DNA of 63,140 nt, the filler included, from Rhabdomonas costata (lineage: Eukaryota), in the NCBI GenBank assembly GCA_019059605.1. It is 50 parts of 50 records of this genome, joined end to end, with 100 filler letters (N's around TTAATTAATTAA, not from the genome) between each part and the next. Parts side by side here need not be neighbours in the genome. Positions count along the whole stretch, not along the records: positions 37,931 to 39,095 come from JAHMHO010025468.1; positions 39,196 to 40,360 come from JAHMHO010025469.1; positions 40,461 to 41,625 come from JAHMHO010025470.1; positions 41,726 to 42,890 come from JAHMHO010025471.1; positions 42,991 to 44,155 come from JAHMHO010025472.1; positions 44,256 to 45,420 come from JAHMHO010025473.1; positions 45,521 to 46,701 come from JAHMHO010025474.1; positions 46,802 to 47,965 come from JAHMHO010025475.1; 42 more parts are not named here. One strand, given 5' to 3'. The notes beneath the pieces are model-generated. The model saw only the letters and a list, made by a program, of their open reading frames with translations, made no database searches and had not been told where the DNA came from. Position 1 is the stretch's first letter; each line of letters begins with the position of its first letter. This document shows, piece after piece, positions 39,051-50,683 of the stretch. The translations under genes and the position numbers were made by a program.

Positions 39051-40470
39051 TCATTCTGCTCCGCAAGCTGCGCCGGAGTCAATCCCACCCACACCNNNNN
39101 NNNNNNNNNNNNNNNNNNNNNNNNNNNNNNNNNNNNNNNTTAATTAATTAANNNNNNNNNNNNNNNNNNNNNNNNNNNNNNNNNNNNNNNNNNNNGTGGT
39201 TGGGTGATTTGATCTTTTTAAACATGTATCAGTATCGTGCTGCGGTTAAAGGTCCGTGACAGTTTAACGTCTCACTCTGTGACGTTTGATGCTAAGCACA
39301 TTGGTTCAATAAAGGAAATTTATTGCTGCTTCATCTGGACTCGGGAAGGTGATGCTCGAGCGGGTTCCAGCTGGCAAGCCACACATGTCTTGCAGCGTCG
39401 CACCGCTTCGGAAAGAGTTAAACGCTAAACACCAGAAACATCATGGGTCAGTCAACGTCCACCGCTGCTTGTTCAAAGTTTGTCTAACCGCATCTCCGCC
39501 CCTGGATTTGTTTTTGAGGCTAACCGCATCTCCGGTTGTCAAACAGGCACTCAGTCAATCCGGTTTTGAACGGCGAGTGGCGCCGCGTAAGGCAGCACTA
39601 GTTCGTAGCATCCTGGGTGCTCCCCAGGTGTCGAATATGAAAGGCCACCGTCCGGAACGCCTCTGGCGAGAAAACATTCGGTCATGGGTTGCAAAATGTA
39701 AAGATTTTCCTAATGTCAGAAACAAATTCATCTTCCACGGCCAAGTTCAACCCTTTCCTTGAAAAATATCCACAACAACACATGCTTTCACCCACATTTC
39801 CCACTAACGAAATGCCCCTTTGGCCAAATGACCTTTTTGCCCATTCTCCCCTGACCATTGCTACTGTCTTTTCCCTGTGCAAAAGCCCTTGGTTCCATTT
39901 GGTACCGCTTTTTCCGCTTATTTTTCACTTGACCCCACCGGCTTGGTTTGAAATCTACTTCCTCATTAGACCAAAACTAGATAAACCAAATTGGAGATCC
40001 CCTTTTAGTATACCAAAACCCCCATACCAGCAAAACCACCGGATTTGAAATTTCAGTCATTAAACCAAATTTTTCATGCACACTTGTCTTCCCGCACGCT
40101 TCATTCTCTCTCCGTTCCTGTGTTTCCTCAAATCCGAAGGGGAACCACCGTCACGCTGTTTGATTCTTTTTGGTTCCTTCTAAAGCTTTTGTTTTGGGAT
40201 TGGGGAAAAGGAATTTTAAACTAAATTTCTACCAAAATATTTAAGGGAAGTTAGTACCAGTAAAGTTGGCCTTGAGCCCGGGACCAGGTTCGGGAAACCG
40301 AGCATGGCAGATGGCCAGGGAAATGTTTCGTGGGGGAAAGCCGCTTCAAGTTCCACTGCANNNNNNNNNNNNNNNNNNNNNNNNNNNNNNNNNNNNNNNN
40401 NNNNTTAATTAATTAANNNNNNNNNNNNNNNNNNNNNNNNNNNNNNNNNNNNNNNNNNNNCCCGCACCAG

Positions 40471-41381
40471 GTGCGTGCCGGTTCCCGCCCCACCTGCCTC
40501 GGAGGTGACGTGCGTGTACAACTTCGTGGACTCCTACAACGCCACCGCGGATAATGCCACGGACCTGAGCCCCCTCAACGCCTCCGTGCTTTCTGGGTTC
40601 GACCTCACCCAGCCCCGCTACGCCCAAGTCCACCTCATCCCCGACACCGTGGGTGGGGTCATGGGCAGCCTTCTGATGGCCCCAGCCCAACCAACGTACG
40701 GAATGCTCTGTGTGAGGCTCACCCTGCCATACTCCCCGGACTACACGCACTGCATCCCGGTACTGTACAACAGCAGCAACGTGCTGGACCCCACGCAGAC
40801 TCTGCTCTCGTGCGCCCCAGCTTCCGTCCTTGCGGGAACCCCGACTACCTGCGTAGTGGTGTTCCGGGACCGCTACGCTGTTCCCCTGCCCTACACCTTG
40901 GACCCGTCCCAGTACAGCATCCAGACGAACGGCAGCGGCCCGCTCAGCGTGGCTTCTACCTCTGCCCCCGCACCTGCCCTGCCCTCGAAGGTGGCCTTCA
41001 CCGTCACCGGGTCTGTGGCGGGGCTGGTGAGGGTAGGGGTTGCCTTCGCCACGGGCTCTGTGGCGACCACCACCTTTACGATTGCCCCTTCGGAGGCTTC
41101 TGCGGGCAACTCGGTCATGACATGCAGCCCAGACCCTGTCCAGCCTTCAGCGCTCCTCAACTGCACCACACAGTTTCGGGACAGGTATGGCAACAATTTG
41201 ACCTCAACCCCTCCGAACACCACGGTGACCGTTCCCCAAGGGGGCAGCACCACGGTGCCGCCCAAGTGGACTCCTGGCAAGGCCCCTCTGGTAGCAGAGG
41301 TGAAAGTGATGGATTCGATGGGGCAGGCCACAGTGGTGACGGCATGGCCGACATCCACCTTCGGGCCGCAATCGCTCACCG
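40471..41381 (+). CDS. Large exon of a surface protein with filamin/Ig-like beta repeats
   Basis: About 300 aa, Thr/Ser/Val/Pro-rich, with two repeats of C-x-P...TTC..V/QFRDRY(G/A); GC3-rich; ends G|gt. Confidence 0.7.
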
Positions 41382-41546
41382 GTGTACTCCTTTTACCTCA
41401 TCACTATCTGGTTTCTTGCTTGAGCTCTTCATTGATCAAAGACCTGCATGTGCGATTATCTAGCCTTCTTGTCATTGTGATGTTGTCTTTTGTATTTTGT
41501 CGATCGAAGTGTGATTAACAGAGAGACGCTTCTTGGAATTAGTTGC

Positions 41547-41617
41547 TTCAATTCAGTTCAATTATGGGATTCAACGATTCGGCGATTCGATGCGTCCCAT
41601 AATTGAACTGAATTGAA
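41547..41617. repeat. Inverted repeat (23-bp perfect arms) at contig end
   Basis: ttcaattcagttcaattatggga / tcccataattgaactgaattgaa. Confidence 0.92.
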
Positions 41618-43335
41618 CCAACAAANNNNNNNNNNNNNNNNNNNNNNNNNNNNNNNNNNNNNNNNNNNNTTAATTAATTAANNNNNNNNNNNNNNNNNNN
41701 NNNNNNNNNNNNNNNNNNNNNNNNNTGTTGGGTTGGATCCATGGCTGCCTGGGTGGGCCTAGCTCAAGAACGTAGAGGACGTAAAAGATACCAGCTTGTC
41801 TTTTCACGAAGGGAAGGGCCCTTGGTACGCCGTCGGTCCCAATATGCATGTTCGTTCTTGTCATTCTGGATGTTGCCCCTTGGCAGCCTTCCCCTTCCCC
41901 CTATTGAGAGCCAACTGTGGTCGCCATTCTTTGAACTCGTAGGGCCCAACGGGAAGATAAATAATACTGGAAAACAAAGTTCGTTCAACCCGCAAACTAA
42001 TGAACACCCTCTTGTGGTGGTTCACTGTAGCAGGATTGGCAGCAGACACCCACCCGCCGAAAACGGCTAGTCATTCTTGGTCCGTGATGATAATGTTCTC
42101 CCGGATGCCGCTTTGAGATGTTCCACCGTCGCCGCATGTTGGCACCCTGTTTGTGCGGGCATGCTATGTTGTTGTGGTTGTGGGTGTGGGTGTGGGTGTG
42201 GGTATGGTTGTTGTTGCTACTGCTGCTGCTGTTGTTGTTGTCGTTGAAGAATCTTTGAGATCCTATCCTCCCGCCTTGGAGCCGGCGACTGTGAGCCCGC
42301 TTGCTGCTTTTCTGCTGCGTTGACTGAGCTGCTGGGAATGCCCGTGAAGCTCGAGGCGTCCTCGCAGCAGCGGCGGATGCTTGAAGTTGTCATATCTGCT
42401 GGGCCTCCGCTGAAATGCAGACTGGCCTTTCGCGATGATGGCGGGGACGTCACTTCTTGGCCGGGACGGGACGACCCCCGGCTGAAGCAGCTGCTTCACT
42501 CCCTGCTGTCGGGGCTTGCCGCCAAGATCCGGATGTACCATGGCACAGGAACGTCGGATTTATTGCATCCTGGCGGCGAGCTTACGCTTTTGTCAAGCGA
42601 CGCGGTTACCCCTCGAAATGGTGGCGTCGCCCACTGGCACTTGCTGCGCTGCGGCAAGGAGCCTCTTTTGGGAGCTTGCCGCGGGCGCTGCGCTCGGCGG
42701 CAGACGTGAAATGGTGCACTGCGTTTGCGGATGGGGGTGGCGGCCGTGGTGCTGACGGTGGCTGCGATTTTGGCGGTAGTGAAGAATACGAACATTCTTC
42801 CCGCGACTGATGCGCTGCGCAGTGAATACAGTGAGCCGTTTCCCCTTGTAATTTTTGATTCTTTTGTGCGGTTGCCTGCACAACAGAAACNNNNNNNNNN
42901 NNNNNNNNNNNNNNNNNNNNNNNNNNNNNNNNNNTTAATTAATTAANNNNNNNNNNNNNNNNNNNNNNNNNNNNNNNNNNNNNNNNNNNNGGGGGGTTGG
43001 AGAGGGCCTTCTCCGCTGCGCAGATGTGGAGCGGAATATAGACGAATTGGGATTGCACACAATGGCTAGGGAAGTCGGTGGGCATTAGAATGTAGGGTAT
43101 TGCGATCAAGCAATACAGATATCAAATTAAACATTAGAGCCTTGAAACTGGGAACGTCAGAGTGTAGGAGACGAGCAGCGAATGGGACAAGTGGTGCGGC
43201 TCTACTACGAAGGCGTGCAGCACACCTCGTCTTGCCCACAACACGAACGAAATGCTCGCCCCATTTTAAGGTAATGATCAAAAAGCTTGCTGATGGATAG
43301 TGTGATGGTTGTGGGAATTGGGGTCACCGGCAAAC

Positions 43336-43842
43336 CTTCAGCGTGGGGTAGCCCTCGATGTTAAACTTTTCCGCCAGCTTCTCCTCTTTCGTGGCGTCAA
43401 CTTTGGCCAGCCGCACCCCAGGGGCCTGCAAACCGAAAGGCGGGGTGACACCCTCCAAAAAAAAGCACTGGAAGATCGCACTCGATGGCGCAGGTGAAGC
43501 TGAGACAGCGGCCAAGAGCAAATGGTTCCATTCACTGCGAAAAATGGGAGGAAAGCCGCAGCAAATTCAAAAATCTGATCGTTGTGAAGTGATTGTCCAA
43601 TCACTCTTCCCACTAAAGGTGCAATAGTAGAGAGAGATGGCGCCGCCTTCCGCAAAACCGCGCAGCGTCACAGCTAACTCACAAGAATTTATTCCGGCCT
43701 TTGGCAGAGAGAGAGAGAGAGGTGTCACCTTGCGCGCTTTGGTGGGGCAAAGTGAGTGAGGGGGAAGGAGGGGATGACCTCATCCTTCAGAGCCTTCGCA
43801 GCGGCTTTAAACTCGGGCTCTAGCGCTTGGCAGTGCCCACAC
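43336..43842 (-). CDS. Protein disulfide isomerase family, exons 43842-43779 and 43425-43336
   Basis: CGHCQALEPEFKAAAKALKDE|APGVRLAKVDATKEEKLAEKFNIEGYPTLK. Confidence 0.93.
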
Positions 43843-44997
43843 CTGAGCGGAGTGTGCGCAGAAAAAGCACTCAGCAAAGCGATAGGCAAGGAAAGTTCAG
43901 AGATGGAAAGTTACATTTCGCTAACTTCGGCTCACCGCGCCGTCACCGGTATTACCTGCGCCACACATCACTCCGGCCCACTGGCAGCAGCAGTGGCAGC
44001 AGCAGTGACCACAAAATGCGGGAAAGCATACCAGTCGGCATCCCCTGCCTCTCTGCAGCAGAAGCAAAAAGGAACAGCCACACCTACTAACTCATGCATC
44101 ACTCACGCATGTGGAACGCACACGCACACCACGGGGCGTAGAACTCCACCACAACNNNNNNNNNNNNNNNNNNNNNNNNNNNNNNNNNNNNNNNNNNNNT
44201 TAATTAATTAANNNNNNNNNNNNNNNNNNNNNNNNNNNNNNNNNNNNNNNNNNNNTTTTTTGTTTTAGCAGCCGGTAAGAACGCTTCAAGGAGAAAGCTT
44301 TATACCGCTTGCGTCCGAGGCGCGCGCGCACATTGCGACCAATTTTGAAATTTACCGCTTGGCTTTTAAAAACTTTGTGATTATTCGAATGCGCCATACT
44401 CTGTAATGCAGGGGTGAGTGACGTGCACCCGGCAACATTCATTTTTGAAATCAAACACAAAGAATTGGAAAAATCAAGAATCCAAGGCCACCTGTTTCCG
44501 GCACAAGGCGATGATCATCAGGCACTGCCTGCGAAGAATCGTTGGGGACAACCACATGCTCCAGTGCCAAAAGCAAAGCATAAAAAAACTTCACCACTCC
44601 CAACGGCTCAACTGTTCATGGACAAATACGCGGACTTGAAAGCCAGGGGGGAATATCTCTGAAAAGCACTTACAAAGGTACAAAACCTTCAACATGTGCA
44701 CCGAAACCTGTGCGCGCCTTGTGCGTCCACTTGTAAAGGTAGTCTGGTCGCGTCATTGGGGTGCAAGCAAACAACACCACCAATGCCCTCCCCTGTGGAA
44801 GGATGTGCTATACTGGAAGCGGCTTGCCTTCTGGGAGAAGACAAGAGCTGAGTTTGTGTGTGTACGTTCGAGCGAGAGGAACGAGGAGTACAGGTTGTCA
44901 CATGAAGTGCAGTGCGTCATATGTGCGTGAATTGAGGGGAGGGCAGGGCAGCCCCAGAGCGCGCCGACTCGCTGTCCCAGGTCGCCGCTGCGCCTAC

Positions 44998-45228
44998 CAT
45001 GGCGTGCCACTGCGGCTGTCGGGGCCTCAAAAAGCTCAGCAGCATTGCCCCCGCGGCCAGGCCTAGCAGCCCCCACACCACTAAAGGGGGCACCCAGACG
45101 GCACTGGTGCCCGCCAGAAGACCACCGGCCAGGATCCCAGAGATGTGCCCCAGGAAGCAGGCGTTGGGCACCAGCAGATGAACAACCCCCAGGGAGATCA
45201 AGGGAGACGCCCACATAGGGATGCTCAC
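44998..45228 (-). CDS. Rhomboid-family protein exon (RHBDD1-like)
   Basis: WASPLISLGVVHLLVPNACFLGHISGILAGG carries the catalytic-His motif GHxxG; tag|...|gtagg, 77 codons. Confidence 0.78.
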
Positions 45229-45908
45229 CTAAGGTCACCAACGACCTTACCAACGAGCAAACGGAAGAACAAACGATGGAAGGTGGCTTCTCACACACAG
45301 AGAGAGGCCTTCGTTGTTGTTGGATTTTTGACGACTGGTGTGAAGCCACCACCGACAGGGGCCACCTCCAAAGCAAACAGAAGTCCGGACGCAACGATCC
45401 ACAGGTTTGTCAACCAACCCNNNNNNNNNNNNNNNNNNNNNNNNNNNNNNNNNNNNNNNNNNNNTTAATTAATTAANNNNNNNNNNNNNNNNNNNNNNNN
45501 NNNNNNNNNNNNNNNNNNNNGTGGGGTGTTTGAGCTCATGGTGTTGTCGTGTGTCGTTGTGTTGATTTGTGTGGGATTGTTGGAAATGTTTGCGTTGGTC
45601 TTGGCGATGTTGTGATGACATCATTTGTAATTTTCTTGTTGTGCTTGTGTTTGTAGTCATGGCGGATGTAGTGTTTGTGTCGGTCGTTGGTTTCACTGTA
45701 GCTCCCGTTGTGGGTGTTGAAGCTGTGTTTTGGCTTGTGGTTAATGGATGCTGTCGAAGTCAGTGCTGTTTGTTTGTTCTAGTGTTATGTGTCCAGGTTT
45801 TTGATCTTTGTCCTGGTGTGTGGTGTGGCAACATGTGTTGAATTTATCAGTTTTGCAATTGTGGGTCTTCCGTTGGTTTTGGTTGGTAGATGTGTTTGGA
45901 TGTGAGCT

Positions 45909-45909
<1 letters not shown>

Positions 45910-45962
<53 letters not shown>
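45910..45962 (+). repeat. (GT)n microsatellite
   Basis: About 26 uninterrupted GT units. Confidence 0.97.
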
Positions 45963-45965
<3 letters not shown>

Positions 45966-47187
45966 TTTATTGATGTGGTGTGCATTGTTTGTGTTTCACA
46001 ATTATTATACATACCAGATATCCAGTGAAGGTCGCACAAATATTAAAAACAACGCGTGGTGTGTGCGCCCGGCTACGCCGATAATAGCTCAATACCTTTC
46101 AGCTATCCTAAACACAAAACACGTGATGAAGCAGCGGACGGATCGGACATTGAAGAGGAAACTGATCATGTGACAACCGTGAAGTATGAAACACTTATTT
46201 AACCAGCACGTGTAAATAGAAGTGTGCCAAGCTACCCCGCTTTTACCCAACCATGATGAAAACCACATGGTTTTAAGAAGGAAGACATCATGTACTGTGC
46301 TGCTAACATCAAACATCGTCGACAAAGGGTGTGCCATAACAAAATAACAAAATAAGTGGCATGAGTTTATGGCCAATATTACGAGTTTTGTGTGAAGGTG
46401 AAGTTGTGTGAAGGTGAAGATTTCAGCCGAAGAACAAGCGAAAGACTAGGGGCAGCCAGGGCAGACGCAAGAAAAAGAACGCAAGAGGACACCAATGATT
46501 GCGCTCGATTTGATCCCCCCAAAATAAGTAGCACCTGCGACCAAGGTTGTGCGCGAAATATGTTTTTAAGCATGTGTTCGTCGAAAAACATTTCCGCCAC
46601 TACGACGGACTCAAACAGAGACAACGACACGCAAAATAAGATACTGCACAAATGGCGTCCTAACCGGCTTCTGCGTTGTGGGCCTTGTGCAATCCAAGCG
46701 GNNNNNNNNNNNNNNNNNNNNNNNNNNNNNNNNNNNNNNNNNNNNTTAATTAATTAANNNNNNNNNNNNNNNNNNNNNNNNNNNNNNNNNNNNNNNNNNN
46801 NGTGTTGGGTGTGGTTGGTTGTGGGGGGGTCCGTGTTGTCTGCGGGTCGCTGTTGAGTTTCTTTCGACGCCACGTTCGAGCCAGTTTTTGAGAGGATTTG
46901 GAACGTTGTCAGCTGTGGCAGCAACGATGCGCCACCGAATGTCTTCTTCTATATGCTCTCTGCAGTGTTTCAGGTGTTAAGCGAAGTTTCAGCGAACGGT
47001 TTGAGCCTGGTTTCATCGTCATGCTTGGGAGGGAAGCGAATGGACGGATGGGTATTTCTTGTCACGGAGCTTGTTTTTCAATGTTGTGGCCTTGCCTCTC
47101 ACCTGGAGTCCTGAACAATTATTGGGTTTCAACGTGCAAACGTATAACGTGTGTGTGTGTGTGCATGTGTTGCGTGTTTGACCACAG

Positions 47188-47878
47188 GAGCAGGACGGGC
47201 CTGCAGAAGATGAGCGGACCCAGCACCGTACCACGGGGGGCCTCGACTCACGGGACCCAGCGGCCTTTCTGCTGCAGGGTTACCTTAACGCCCTGGACTG
47301 CGTGCTGATGCGTAATGACCTTCTGGACGCGCTTTATGACTCCGGTCTGTGGAACGGGGGGAGGGGGGTGATTATGACGGACTGAACACCGCAGGCGATT
47401 CTGAATAGTTCGCGCAGGTATTGCATGGATGTTGGTATCTTCTATCAGGGGCCAATTAAGGTTTTTTTGGGGGGGTGAAGGGGTTGTGGTCACCACTGGA
47501 AACGTCCACCAGTGGAAACAGAAAACTGATTCGTTCGCAAAATAGATAGTAGAGGGTTTAAACATGCCAGCATTCTCGAAATGTCTTTATTTCAATCTGA
47601 GGAAATGCTGGTGTGCCAGCCCTACATTTTTTTTTGGTTTTGCATAACATCTCAAAACTAGTGCTGGCTCTCATACTCATGTTCTTGAGGTGCGCTAAAT
47701 TAAGAGCAGTTGTTGCAGCACGAACCCTACACTGTGCATGCATACACACACTTTTTGATCAGAGGTGCTGTACAACATCCATCGCAAGCAAGGCAAGCAG
47801 ATGGGTGTCACAGTGAAGCGCTTTCACTTTGAGCCCATTGACTTTGAGAAGCGCAAAGTCTACCCGGAGTACGACGAG
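47188..47878 (+). CDS. Hypothetical protein, two exons (about 47188-47344 and 47763-47878)
   Basis: EQDGPAEDER...GYLNALDCVLMRNDLLDALYDS|EVLYNIHRKQGKQMGVTVKRFHFEPIDFEKRKVYPEYDE|gt. Confidence 0.55.
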
Positions 47879-48523
47879 GTGTGCGCTTTGTTGTTCTGAA
47901 TTCATGTTATCGCCGGACTTGGCACTTGCACTTGCGCGCATCGGGTTGGATGAATTCACTCTTGANNNNNNNNNNNNNNNNNNNNNNNNNNNNNNNNNNN
48001 NNNNNNNNNTTAATTAATTAANNNNNNNNNNNNNNNNNNNNNNNNNNNNNNNNNNNNNNNNNNNNGTTGTTGGGGTGGTGACTCGGCTGGTGCCTGCCTC
48101 GGGCTCGTGCGAGGGAAGCCCGGCCGTCGCTACCCCCGCCCTCGTGGTGAGTGTCTGTGTTTGTGTTTGTTCTTCGATGCGCACCTCTGAAATCTCTCCC
48201 CCGTGCTTTTTTTTTGGCCTTAGGGGTGAAAAATATCGGTGCTAGTTCTTTACTGCCCCCCCCCCTCATTAGAGTGGTCCACCCTATTTGAGCTTTATCG
48301 TCGGGAATGTCTTCAAGGGCTCATCGTCCATGAGGGTAAACGTCCTACGCTGGTCTTCCTTTTCGTTTCGTTTGCTTTTTTGTTGGTTTCCTCTGCCTCT
48401 AGATATCCATGTCTTTCCTATTTGCATGTTCCTATGTCACTGGTTTGCAAGAGCAGTGCTGTTGAGTCTTGGCCCAAAGTTTTGATTTGGTTTTGTGTCT
48501 TTTCTGTTTTTGCTTTGCCTCAG

Positions 48524-48656
48524 GTGGACAGCCTCATCCACGGCACCCTCACCATATCCCCGCCCCTGGCCGCGCTGGCGGGGCTGCACCGACTGTGCGT
48601 GGGGCTGTACCCCACCGTGGCTACCTTCCTCGACTCGGGCTTAACCATCAACTTCA
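48524..48656 (+). CDS. Hypothetical protein exon
   Basis: cag|VDSLIHGTLTISPPLAALAGLHRLCVGLYPTVATFLDSGLTINF|gtatgg; GC3-rich. Confidence 0.5.
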
Positions 48657-49113
48657 GTATGGGCTGTGGTTGCATCGCCGCGGAGCGTGGGTCGTTTTTC
48701 GCTTGTGCCACCTTAAAAGGGAGAGCTGGAAAGTGGTACCAAAAAGCCACCGTGTCGACATGCACGGGGTTTAGTGATGGTAAAAAGTCTCTCGTTGTCA
48801 TGTCTGCACAACCGCTTCGTGTGGATTCTAAGCTCCTAAGTTCTGCTCACCTTTTCTGGGCTATACCGATGTTTTCCAAATGTGTGAGTGGCCCTTCCTT
48901 TAGTTTTTTTTTTGGCATTTTCAACATGATAAGCAATTACTCACTCACATCCCCCATCTCCTTGGCACGTGCGTGAATCCGTCAAAATCCGCCTGAAAGT
49001 TTTATGTCACCCCACCACAACCCAAATCGAACTAGCTACTCCTCGAAATAGCCCTCTTTGCATAACACAAACGGGGAGGCTGTGGTGGGGCTTCTGCGAC
49101 TCTATTGGGTGGC

Positions 49114-49226
49114 TGTGGTCACAGCGGTCCCGACTTGTGGTGCATGGGGTGCTGGCCACGGCGGAGCTGTAGCCTGCTGGGCAGGCCACCCCATCGCTGC
49201 CACAAGTCGGGACCGCTGTGACCACA
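49114..49226. repeat. Inverted repeat (27-bp perfect arms plus imperfect inner stem) at contig end
   Basis: tgtggtcacagcggtcccgacttgtgg / ccacaagtcgggaccgctgtgaccaca. Confidence 0.92.
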
Positions 49227-49334
49227 CCCCNNNNNNNNNNNNNNNNNNNNNNNNNNNNNNNNNNNNNNNNNNNNTTAATTAATTAANNNNNNNNNNNNNN
49301 NNNNNNNNNNNNNNNNNNNNNNNNNNNNNNGTGG

Positions 49335-49412
49335 TGTGGTTATATGATTGATGACAAAGTATATACAAGTGACGATCATAAAAGAAAATTTCTAAAACAT
49401 GTTCTTTATTAA
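49335..49412 (+). CDS. C-terminus of an AT-rich ORF converging on the ATPase
   Basis: CGYMIDDKVYTSDDHKRKFLKHVLY*; truncated at the contig edge. Confidence 0.4.
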   Translation, partial: CGYMIDDKVYTSDDHKRKFLKHVLY

Positions 49413-49441
49413 ATAAATATTTTTTGTATAAAAATATTTAT
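49413..49441. terminator. AT-rich hairpin between convergent stop codons (12-bp stem, 5-nt loop)
   Basis: ataaatattttt-tgtat-aaaaatatttat; the terminator function is inferred. Confidence 0.5.
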
Positions 49442-50109
49442 CTTTTTGCATAAGGTATTACCTCAAAAATATTTTTACGCAATCTCGCATATGGTCTTGA
49501 TTTGTCTATAATTAATGAATCATGAAATTCAGTACAAATATTATCAAAAATATATTTTAAATCCTTACTTGTTAATCCTATTTTTCTTGACAATTCAGCC
49601 ATACTGTCAGCATCTCCATTATTCCACAATATTATGATGTTTGCTAATCGTCGAACTCGAGCAGGACAACTGAAAGGATCCTGAAAAGTAGACCAGACAG
49701 ATATATTATGGTGGGTAGACCAACAGCCATATGTTCTATCAACACGGGCTAATTGATCGCGTTTCATATCTTTAAACGAAACATCTTCAAGTATAAGTAA
49801 ATTTTTTTGGGTCTTGTCCCAGAACTCTAAGGGTGGTACATTATCAATGTACTCAGCGTCTATATCTGAATATTCTTCACTTTCTGGGTCATTATGATAT
49901 ATTACAATTCGATCAAAGGGGGGGAATGCATGCATCGCTAAATTGACTAGCGTTAGACTTTTACCTGTGTTACACGGCCCGCAGGCAATGATTCGGCTTG
50001 GATGAGCCATATGTCCCAAGTCATCTTGTTTGGGGGTTTCATGAAATTCTTTGTCCTTGTTGGGAATGACAACAAGTTTATTAGGTAACTTAAATTTATT
50101 TTTCACCAT
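49438..50109 (-). CDS. A32/FtsK-HerA-type DNA-packaging ATPase of Polinton-like virus/virophage type
   Basis: Intronless, 223 aa, AT-rich. Walker A RIIACGPCNTGKS; Walker B LLILED; H-x-NISV-x4-Q (sensor) followed by P..VRRLAN; C-terminal SLIID...LRKN. Confidence 0.85.
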   Translation of the reverse strand: MVKNKFKLPNKLVVIPNKDKEFHETPKQDDLGHMAHPSRIIACGPCNTGKSLTLVNLAMHAFPPFDRIVIYHNDPESEEYSDIDAEYIDNVPPLEFWDKTQKNLLILEDVSFKDMKRDQLARVDRTYGCWSTHHNISVWSTFQDPFSCPARVRRLANIIILWNNGDADSMAELSRKIGLTSKDLKYIFDNICTEFHDSLIIDKSRPYARLRKNIFEVIPYAKR

Positions 50110-50164
50110 TTATATAATATTATTATATTATTATAATATTATTTTTTCTCACATTAAATTATAA
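50110..50164. promoter_or_regulatory. Putative bidirectional AT-rich promoter
   Basis: 55-nt, almost pure A/T spacer with repeated ataatattat; both divergent genes start at TATAAATG. Confidence 0.45.
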
Positions 50165-50495
50165 ATGACATCACGAAGTGGTGAAACAATGTATAAAACA
50201 AAAGGAAAAGAACGTGCTGAAGAATCAGAAGAACCAAAACAACCAAAACAACCAAAGAAAAGAGGAAGACCTAAAAAAAGAACAGAATCAGAAATAGTTC
50301 AATTTTCAGATCAAACATTAACTACAGCACCTACTGCTTCATCTTCAATGGAAGTTGAAATAACACCATCAGCTCTTCCACCAGCAAAAGTTCCATATGC
50401 GAAACCTGAATTGAAAGGAGAAGTTCGTAAGAAATGGGTTGCATTTTCTAAAACTGTTAAAAATTGGGCAACTATAAGTAAAACAACACCTCAAG
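50165..50495 (+). CDS. Basic protein with an AT-hook-like motif, 3'-truncated (virus-like)
   Basis: PKQPKQPKKRGRPKKR; intronless, AT3-rich, divergent from the ATPase. Confidence 0.6.
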
Positions 50496-50683
50496 NNNNN
50501 NNNNNNNNNNNNNNNNNNNNNNNNNNNNNNNNNNNNNNNTTAATTAATTAANNNNNNNNNNNNNNNNNNNNNNNNNNNNNNNNNNNNNNNNNNNNTGTTT
50601 GGGGGGGAGGGGCAAAGGAAGAAAAGGTCTAAGTTCCCTTCCTCTTCCGCTTTGCTCCTCGCCCCATCGTTTCGTCGCGTTAG

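Noticed and set aside
49231-50595. Apparent integration of the viral contig between host genes
   Set aside because: The neighbours are separated by artificial spacers; no junction is visible.
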